Of a stretch of 64,000 nt of DNA, positions 55,989-64,000 are shown one piece after another (position 1 is the first letter of the stretch; the number at the start of each line of letters is the position of its first letter). The notes below the pieces were generated by a model that made no database searches, was not told where the DNA came from, and saw only the letters and a program-made list of their open reading frames with translations. Position numbers and translations under genes: made by a program. Source of the stretch: Seonamhaeicola sp. (GTDB lineage Bacteria > Bacteroidota > Bacteroidia > Flavobacteriales > Flavobacteriaceae); the NCBI RefSeq assembly GCF_028281565.1, contig NZ_JANQJQ010000013.1, positions 116,846 through 180,845 of the forward strand. The letters are read 5' to 3'.

Positions 55989-56047
55989 GTCTGGTTTTAA
56001 GCTTCAGTAAGCAGCTGATTACTGGGACTGCTCACTGAAAACTTTAT

Positions 56048-57112
56048 TTATGCTTTGCTCTCTAGTTCACTCATAACTTCTACAACAGCCTTAACGCTGT
56101 CAAGTGATAGAGCATTGTACATGGATGCCCTGTAACCACCAACACTTCTGTGACCATTTAAACCGCTAATGCCGGCTTCTTTTAGCATGGTTTCAAAGGT
56201 TTCTTTAAGGTTTTCGTTTTCTAAGGTGAACGTGGCATTCATCATAGAACGGTCTGCTTTTGTAGCAAACCCTTTAAATAAGGGGTTCAAATCAATTTCA
56301 GAATACATTAAACGCGCCTTCTTTTCGTTTTCCTGTTCAATAGCTGCAATACCACCAAGGCCTTTTAACCATTCTAAGGTTAGCATAGAGGTGTATACTG
56401 CAAAAACAGGAGGTGTATTGAACATACTACCTTTGCTTATATGCGTTTTATAATCCATCATGGATGGAATTTTACGCGATACTTTACCTAAACAATCCTC
56501 TTTAATAACAACCAATGTAGTACCTGCCGGTCCCATGTTCTTTTGAGCTCCAGCATATATAATATCGAATTGTGTAAAATCCAAAGTCCTTGAAAAGATA
56601 TCACTACTCATATCACAAACCATAGGGATTGGCGAGTCAGGAAACGTTTTCATTTGGGTTCCAAAAATGGTATTGTTTGAGGTACAGTGAAAATAATCGT
56701 AGTTTTCAGGAATATCGTACCCTTTTGGAATATAATTGTAGTTAGCTTCCTTAGATGAGGCAACTTCGTAAATATCATCAAAAATTTCAGCTTCTTTAAT
56801 AGCTTTAGCAGCCCAGGACCCTGAATTTAAATAACCCGCTCTTTTTTCCAATAAGTTTAAAGCAACCATTAAAAACTGTGTGCTTGCTCCACCTTGTAAG
56901 AATAAAGCTTTGTAACCTTTGCCTTCTAAACCAAGTAATTCTAATGCTAAGGCTCTGGCATTTTCCATAATATCAACAAAAGCTTTACTTCTGTGCGATA
57001 TTTCAATTACTGATAATCCGCTGTTATCTAAATCCAGAACAGCTTGTGATGCTTTTTGTAATACTTCTTGTGGTAAAACGCAGGGACCTGCATTAAAGAT
57101 ATGTTTTCTCAT
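56048..57112 (-). CDS. serC: phosphoserine aminotransferase
   Basis: FNAGPCVLP N-terminus and the PLP-Lys region YAGAQKN; 354 aa. Confidence 0.93.
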   Translation of the reverse strand: MRKHIFNAGPCVLPQEVLQKASQAVLDLDNSGLSVIEISHRSKAFVDIMENARALALELLGLEGKGYKALFLQGGASTQFLMVALNLLEKRAGYLNSGSWAAKAIKEAEIFDDIYEVASSKEANYNYIPKGYDIPENYDYFHCTSNNTIFGTQMKTFPDSPIPMVCDMSSDIFSRTLDFTQFDIIYAGAQKNMGPAGTTLVVIKEDCLGKVSRKIPSMMDYKTHISKGSMFNTPPVFAVYTSMLTLEWLKGLGGIAAIEQENEKKARLMYSEIDLNPLFKGFATKADRSMMNATFTLENENLKETFETMLKEAGISGLNGHRSVGGYRASMYNALSLDSVKAVVEVMSELESKA

Positions 57113-57189
57113 TTTGTGTGGTAAAATTTAAAGATGCAAAGTTGGTAATTAATTAAATAAATCTTAATAAAAATTCAATAATTTTTTCG

Positions 57190-58678
<1,489 letters not shown>

Positions 58679-58706
58679 ATTAAAAGTTAATAATGAATAA
58701 TTAAAA

Positions 58707-58736
58707 ATCCCGAGCGTAAGCTTGGGATTTTTTTTT
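58707..58736 (+). terminator. intrinsic terminator after the ferredoxin gene
   Basis: ATCCCGAGC-GTAA-GCTTGGGAT (one G-T pair) followed by T8. Confidence 0.75.
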
Positions 58737-58802
58737 AATTACAAAAAGTTATATTTTTCTTTCTTAAGCAACACTCTGGAAATTTAATTGTAGACTTTTA
58801 TA

Positions 58803-59798
58803 ATGGAATTGTTAGACGTTTTATGGAACGAAATAATAAGTTTTTTAGGAATTAGTCAGGCCTGGGAAATTTTAGAAGCAGGAAATTATGAGACTTTTAA
58901 AACTCGGGATGGTATTGTAGCACTTATATACCCTGTAATTCCATTGCTTTTATTATTAGAACTAATTTTAAGTTTTGTCTATAAGAAACCGCAAACTAAA
59001 GTTTACAAAGTAAATTTCCTGATTTACGTATTTAATCGGTTTGTAGGTAGATTTATAGCCATAGCTATGGTTACATTCTGTATTGGTTTTTTTCAAAAGT
59101 ATGCTTTATTTGAAACGCACCTTAGGTGGTATTGGTTTATATATGGTTATATTGTCTGGGAGTTTGGGCATTTTTTATACCATTATTGGGGGCATAAAGT
59201 GCGTCTTTTATGGTGCTTGCATTCCACTCATCATGCTCCGGAAAATATGAATTTGTCTGTAACATATGCGCATTTTTTCCTTGAAGCGCCTTATGCGGAT
59301 GTTATACGTACTACAGTTTGTATTTTATTAGGGGTAAAACCCGAAATGCTTTTTCTAATCATGTTTATTGATGGGACTTATGGCGCTTTTATTCATGTGG
59401 GTGAAAATTTAATTAAAGATGGAAGGCTGGGGCTTTTGAATAGAATTATACTTACACCATCACATCATAGAATACATCATGCCAGAAACCCGTTATATAT
59501 AGATACAAATTTTTGTAATCTTTTGAACATTTGGGATAAGCTTTTTGGGACATTTCAAGATGAGGATAAGGACATAAAAATAGAATACGGTATTACCCGT
59601 AAGATGAATTCAGGCAGTTTTTTAGATGTCTATTTTGGTGAGATCATAGCCCTTGTAAAAGATGTATATAAAGCACCGGGGATTAAAAACAAACTATTGT
59701 ATTTGCTAATGCCACCCGGATGGAGTCATACGGGAGATCATAAAACAGCCCGTATCATGCGTACTAAGTTTTTGCAGCAAAGAAAGTTTAAACCCTAA
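58803..59798 (+). CDS. sterol desaturase / fatty acid hydroxylase superfamily membrane protein
   Basis: Histidine boxes HYWGH, HSTHH and HHRIHH, with 4-5 TM segments. Confidence 0.75.
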   Translation: MELLDVLWNEIISFLGISQAWEILEAGNYETFKTRDGIVALIYPVIPLLLLLELILSFVYKKPQTKVYKVNFLIYVFNRFVGRFIAIAMVTFCIGFFQKYALFETHLRWYWFIYGYIVWEFGHFLYHYWGHKVRLLWCLHSTHHAPENMNLSVTYAHFFLEAPYADVIRTTVCILLGVKPEMLFLIMFIDGTYGAFIHVGENLIKDGRLGLLNRIILTPSHHRIHHARNPLYIDTNFCNLLNIWDKLFGTFQDEDKDIKIEYGITRKMNSGSFLDVYFGEIIALVKDVYKAPGIKNKLLYLLMPPGWSHTGDHKTARIMRTKFLQQRKFKP

Positions 59799-59866
59799 AG
59801 CTGTTTTTTCCAATGTGTTGTTAGTCAGAATTCTTTTTTAATATATACATTTGCACTCGCAAAAAT

Positions 59867-59892
59867 AGATTTCCGCCTTAGTGGGAATGACA
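59867..59892. repeat. AGATTTCCGCCTTAGTGGGAATGACA element in the ychF leader
   Basis: It lies between a TACATTTG box (59846-59853) and the ychF ATG (59907). Confidence 0.65.
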
Positions 59893-59906
59893 AAAAGAAA
59901 ATTTTG

Positions 59907-61001
59907 ATGAAAGCAGGAATTGTAGGATTACCAAATGTAGGGAAATCAACCTTATTTAATTGTTTGTCAAATGCCAAAGCGCAAAGTGCTAACTTTCCGT
60001 TTTGTACCATTGAACCTAATATTGGGGTGGTAAATGTACCGGACCCAAGATTAGAGAAGTTAGAAAGCCTGGTAAACCCGGAACGTGTTATTCCTGCAAC
60101 CGTTGAGATTGTAGATATTGCCGGTCTGGTGAAAGGAGCCAGTAAAGGCGAAGGATTAGGAAATCAGTTCTTAGGCAATATTCGTGAAACTGATGCTATT
60201 CTTCACGTATTGCGTTGTTTTAATAACGATAATATTGTACATGTTGATGGTAGTGTAGACCCCATTAGGGATAAAGAAACCATTGATATGGAATTGCAGT
60301 TAAAAGATTTAGAGACTACCGAAAAAAAGCTGGACAAGGTAAAACGTGCCGCAAAAACCGGAAATAAAGAAGCTCAGGCAGAAGAAGCTGTTTTGTTAAA
60401 AATAAAAGAAGGTTTGGAATCAGGGACTTCGGTAAGAGCTTTGGAATTCAGTGATGAAGATTATGCTGATTATGTAAAACCTTTACAGTTTATAACTGAT
60501 AAACCGGTACTATATGTTTGCAATGTAGATGAAAGTGCTGCAGTCACCGGAAATGACTTTGTTGAGCAGGTAAAAGAAGCTGTTAAAGATGAACATGCCG
60601 AAGTCCTGGTATTGGCTGTAGGTACGGAAGCTGATATCAATGAATTGGAAGATTACGAGGAACGCCAAATGTTTTTGGAAGATATTGGATTGGATGAACC
60701 GGGTTCTTCAAAATTAATTCGCGCCGCCTATAAGTTGTTAAACCAACAAACGTATTTTACAGCAGGACAAAAAGAGGTACGTGCCTGGACGGTTGATATC
60801 GGAGCATCTGCGCCCCAGGCAGCCGGTGTTATTCATACCGATTTTGAAAAAGGCTTTATCCGTGCTGAGGTGATCGGATATGATGATTATGTGTCTTACG
60901 GAAGTGAAGCCAAAGTAAAAGAAGCCGGCAAAATGCGTGTTGAAGGAAAGAATTACACTGTTAAAGATGGTGATGTGATGCATTTCCTTTTTAATGTTTA
61001 G
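59907..61001 (+). CDS. ychF: redox-regulated ATPase YchF
   Basis: G1 [10 protein letters not shown]3 DIAGLV and a C-terminal TGS/YchF domain. ATG at 59907. Confidence 0.95.
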   Translation: MKAGIVGLPNVGKSTLFNCLSNAKAQSANFPFCTIEPNIGVVNVPDPRLEKLESLVNPERVIPATVEIVDIAGLVKGASKGEGLGNQFLGNIRETDAILHVLRCFNNDNIVHVDGSVDPIRDKETIDMELQLKDLETTEKKLDKVKRAAKTGNKEAQAEEAVLLKIKEGLESGTSVRALEFSDEDYADYVKPLQFITDKPVLYVCNVDESAAVTGNDFVEQVKEAVKDEHAEVLVLAVGTEADINELEDYEERQMFLEDIGLDEPGSSKLIRAAYKLLNQQTYFTAGQKEVRAWTVDIGASAPQAAGVIHTDFEKGFIRAEVIGYDDYVSYGSEAKVKEAGKMRVEGKNYTVKDGDVMHFLFNV

Positions 61002-61078
61002 AGCTGGTTTCCAGTCGATAGTCTTTAGTTGTTAGACTTTAGAAGCTATGGTTGCAAATTCCAACATCTAAATTCCAA

Positions 61079-61135
61079 ACTGAGACTGTCAACTGTGACT
61101 GCATACTGAGTACTGCAAACTGCAACTGAAGACTC
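61079..61135. repeat. degenerate heptamer array, ACTG phased every 6-7 nt (8 copies plus ACTC)
   Basis: ACTG at 61079, 61085, 61092, 61098, 61105, 61112, 61119 and 61125. Confidence 0.8.
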
Positions 61136-61140
61136 AAATC

Positions 61141-61161
61141 TTCTCGCTAAGGCGCAAAGGC
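61141..61161. repeat. TTCTCGCTAAGGCGCAAAGGC, inverted copy of the CTTTGCGCCTTwGCGAGAA element at 46946 and 47053
   Basis: Its reverse complement GCCTTTGCGCCTTAGCGAGAA matches the 46.9-kb units. Confidence 0.75.
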
Positions 61162-61269
61162 TCAAAGTTTTTAAATTACAAAGGAGTAAACTCCCAATGC
61201 TAATTATTTTTTGCGTCGTTCTGAGTTTTAATTGAAAAACGTAAGAATCACTTCCCTTATTTAACCAGG

Positions 61270-61313
61270 AGATTGTTACGTCTTCCGATAACTATCGCAA
61301 TCCTTACAATGAC
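61270..61313. repeat. AGATTGTTACG...CGCAATCCTTACAATGAC, inverted relative of the GTCATTGTGAGG...CAATCT element at 55924
   Basis: Shared termini GTCATTGT(G/A)AGGA and ACAATCT in reverse complement. Confidence 0.6.
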
Positions 61314-61319
61314 GGCATA

Positions 61320-61355
61320 ACTGCTAACTGCGACTGTGACTGAAAACTGTTACTG
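61320..61355. repeat. second ACTG heptamer-like array (6 copies)
   Basis: ACTG at 61320, 61327, 61333, 61339, 61346 and 61352. Confidence 0.75.
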
Positions 61356-61416
61356 AACATCGTAATCTTCATTAAAAACGGCTTTTACTAAAATAAGGGT
61401 CTTTTACCTTCGCTTT

Positions 61417-62331
61417 ATGCAAAAACCAACCAGGACCTTTATTTACGGTATTATCTTAGGAATATTGGGGATCGTTCTGTTTTCTTCCAAAGCGGTTATG
61501 GTAAAGCTGGCGTACCGGTATGAAGTTGATCCCGTTAGTGTTTTACTACTGCGTATGATTTTTGCCTTTCCGTTTTATGTGGTTGTGGCTTATGTATATC
61601 GAAATAAAAACTATAGTGATGAAATCACTGCTAAGGACTACTATTGGGTCATTATATTTGGGATTGTGGGCTATTACCTGGCCAGTTATTTTGATTTTAT
61701 TGGATTAACATACATCAAGGCTAGTTTAGAACGCATCATCTTATTTTTGTACCCTACCATTGTCTTGCTCTTAAACAAAATATTTTTGAAGAAACCCATT
61801 ACCAAAATTCAGGCCGGCGCCATTGCTTTAACGTATTTGGGGATCATCATCGCTTTTGGCGATGAAGTTAGCATTTCCGGAAGCGATACCTATTTAGGAG
61901 GCTTTTTCATCATTCTCAGTGCCATTGCTTACGCCTCTTATTTGGTAGGTAGCGGTTGGCTGATCCCAAAGTTTGGTGTCGTAAAGTTTACATCGTATGC
62001 CATGTTGGTGTCCTGTTTTTGTGTATTTATTCATTACAGTTTGACAACCGAAGCCAGTATTTTTAATCTCCCCTGGCAGGTCTATTTTTTAGGCTTTTTG
62101 ATAGCTATTTTTGCGACGGTTATTCCCTCATATTTGGTTTCGGCTTCCATTGAGATGATCAATTCATCAAATTTTGCGGTGATTGCGGGCATAGGCCCCA
62201 TATCAACTATCATTCTGGCTGCTATATTCTTAAACGAAAAACTAACCCTCTTGCAACTATTTGGGGCTTTGGTAGTTATAGTTGGTATTTTATTGGTATC
62301 TTTAAAAACAGGAAAAAATAAGGCGCTATAG
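61417..62331 (+). CDS. DMT-superfamily (EamA-type) transporter
   Basis: 304 aa with about 10 TM segments and a duplicated EamA-like architecture. Confidence 0.8.
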   Translation: MQKPTRTFIYGIILGILGIVLFSSKAVMVKLAYRYEVDPVSVLLLRMIFAFPFYVVVAYVYRNKNYSDEITAKDYYWVIIFGIVGYYLASYFDFIGLTYIKASLERIILFLYPTIVLLLNKIFLKKPITKIQAGAIALTYLGIIIAFGDEVSISGSDTYLGGFFIILSAIAYASYLVGSGWLIPKFGVVKFTSYAMLVSCFCVFIHYSLTTEASIFNLPWQVYFLGFLIAIFATVIPSYLVSASIEMINSSNFAVIAGIGPISTIILAAIFLNEKLTLLQLFGALVVIVGILLVSLKTGKNKAL

Positions 62332-62440
62332 TTCTCAACAATATTCACGTTTTATTGTTAATTACTTTGTATAGAAGCTGTTTTATTTTTTAAGACGTTG
62401 TCTTATATTAGCGTTCCATCATTAAATTTCACACTATTTT

Positions 62441-64000
62441 ATGGCAGTACAATCCAACTATACTGAGGAAAATATACGTTCGTTAGACTGGAAAGAGCAT
62501 ATCCGTATGCGTCCCGGAATGTATATTGGTAAGTTGGGTGACGGTTCGTCTCCGGACGATGGTATTTACATTCTGTTAAAAGAGGTTCTGGATAACTCTA
62601 TTGATGAGTTTGTGATGGGGGCCGGAAAAACCATAGATATCTCCATTCAGGGAAATAAGGTGATTGTACGCGATTATGGGCGTGGTATTCCGCTAGGTAA
62701 GGTGGTAGATGTAGTTTCCAAAATGAATACCGGAGGTAAATACGATACCAAAGCCTTTAAAAAATCAGTTGGACTAAATGGGGTTGGTACCAAGGCGGTC
62801 AATGCGCTTTCAAACTATTTCAGGGTTGAATCTACCAGGGATGGGAAATCCGCTTCAGCAGAGTTTGAAAAAGGTGAGCTTACCAATAAGGAAATGCTGG
62901 ACGACACTTCCAGGAGAAAAGGAACCAAAGTATCGTTCATTCCTGATGAAACCATTTTCAAAAACTATAAGTTCAGAAGTGAATATATAGTAAAAATGCT
63001 GAAAAACTATGTGTATCTCAACCCGGGATTAACCATAGTCTATAACGGTGAAAAGTATTTTAGTGAAAATGGATTAAAAGATTTACTGTCTGAAAACACC
63101 AATGAAAATGATTTATTATACCCAATCATTCATTTAAGAGGTGATGATATTGAAGTAGCTATTACACACAGTAAGACACAATACAGTGAGGAATACCATT
63201 CGTTTGTTAACGGTCAAAACACCACCCAGGGAGGCACGCATTTAAACGCTTTCAGAGAGGCTATTGTTAAGACCATTCGAGAGTATTATGGTAAGAATTA
63301 CGATGCTTCCGATATTAGAAAATCTATCATCAGTGCCATTGCTATTAAAGTAATGGAGCCGGTTTTTGAAAGTCAGACCAAAACAAAGCTTGGGTCTACC
63401 GATATGGGAGGAGACTATCCAACGGTTCGTACTTATATCAATGATTTTGTAAAGACCAATCTCGATAATTATCTGCATAAAACCCCGGATACCGCTGAAA
63501 AGATTCAGAAGAAAATCCTTCAGGCAGAACGGGAACGAAAGGAACTGTCAGGCATTCGTAAGCTGGCGAGAGACAGAGCTAAAAAAGCAAGTCTACATAA
63601 TAAAAAACTGCGCGATTGTCGTGTTCATTTTGGTGATACTAAAAATGAACGAAACCTGGAAACCACTTTGTTTATTACAGAGGGAGACTCGGCTTCCGGT
63701 AGTATTACCAAGTCACGTGATGTAAATACCCAGGCAGTATTCAGTTTAAAAGGAAAGCCATTGAACTGTTATGGTCTAACCAAAAAGATCGTTTACGAAA
63801 ACGAGGAATTTAACCTGTTGCAGGCTGCTTTAAATATTGAGGAATCTCTTGAAGATCTGCGTTATAACAATGTCGTAATTGCTACAGATGCTGATGTTGA
63901 CGGGATGCATATCCGTTTGTTATTGATCACGTTCTTTTTACAATTCTTCCCTGAAGTGATTAAAGAAGGGCATTTGTATATCTTACAAACACCATTGTTT
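62441..64000 (+). CDS. parE: DNA topoisomerase IV subunit B (type IIA topoisomerase ATPase subunit), 3' end outside window
   Basis: Open frame from the ATG at 62441 to the window end (520 codons; absent from the track because there is no stop). [34 protein letters not shown] and DADVDG. The N-terminus and short architecture fit Bacteroidota ParE rather than GyrB. Confidence 0.85.
   Translation, partial: MAVQSNYTEENIRSLDWKEHIRMRPGMYIGKLGDGSSPDDGIYILLKEVLDNSIDEFVMGAGKTIDISIQGNKVIVRDYGRGIPLGKVVDVVSKMNTGGKYDTKAFKKSVGLNGVGTKAVNALSNYFRVESTRDGKSASAEFEKGELTNKEMLDDTSRRKGTKVSFIPDETIFKNYKFRSEYIVKMLKNYVYLNPGLTIVYNGEKYFSENGLKDLLSENTNENDLLYPIIHLRGDDIEVAITHSKTQYSEEYHSFVNGQNTTQGGTHLNAFREAIVKTIREYYGKNYDASDIRKSIISAIAIKVMEPVFESQTKTKLGSTDMGGDYPTVRTYINDFVKTNLDNYLHKTPDTAEKIQKKILQAERERKELSGIRKLARDRAKKASLHNKKLRDCRVHFGDTKNERNLETTLFITEGDSASGSITKSRDVNTQAVFSLKGKPLNCYGLTKKIVYENEEFNLLQAALNIEESLEDLRYNNVVIATDADVDGMHIRLLLITFFLQFFPEVIKEGHLYILQTPLF

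Overview
This is a core chromosomal segment of a low-GC Flavobacteriia-type (Bacteroidota) genome around dnaA. The taxon is inferred from Bacteroidota-typical gene content (BamD, BatA-domain protein, CarboxypepD_reg-type TonB receptor), TAnnTTTG promoter-like boxes and the characteristic intergenic hairpin repeats. I call 62 protein-coding genes, two of them truncated by the window edges: a lysozyme-like gene at the 5' end and parE at the 3' end. Most are housekeeping genes: dnaA, ribD, prmC, ligA, dapA, bamD, coaBC, recN, fabI, coaE, folE, serA, serC and ychF. I found no rRNA, tRNA, CRISPR array, transposase, integrase or recognisable defence gene.

Protein-level candidates worth a second look:
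- A metal-type uptake cluster at 49.6-53.0 kb. It encodes a Cys/His-rich small membrane protein, a TonB-dependent receptor and a His/Asp-rich lipoprotein, with an orphan TPR histidine kinase next to it.
- A tightly coupled four-gene operon at 29.3-33.4 kb encoding a BatA-domain protein, a dihydroorotase-like protein that has lost its metal ligands, a small membrane protein and an esterase.
- A PhoX-like beta-propeller lipoprotein translationally coupled to a di-haem cytochrome c peroxidase that carries a long N-terminal extension (36.8-40.1 kb).
- A KirBac-type inward-rectifier K+ channel, a lone crtW ketolase, and a 5'-nucleotidase split into two genes with different export signals.

The most unusual signal is in the non-coding DNA. 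Nearly every long intergenic gap is a mosaic of short hairpin repeat families. One 16-17-nt core (CTGAG-N4-5-TCGAAG) occurs six times. In four of those copies it sits in a 28-29-nt loop closed by a perfect 8-bp stem, and the four stems have four unrelated sequences. One of those stem sequences also occurs nearby as a simple 4-nt-loop hairpin. Degenerate heptamer arrays (GAAG or ACTG phased every 6-7 nt) and CCTTnGCG-type elements accompany these repeats. All functional assignments are motif recognition by eye. No database search was run.
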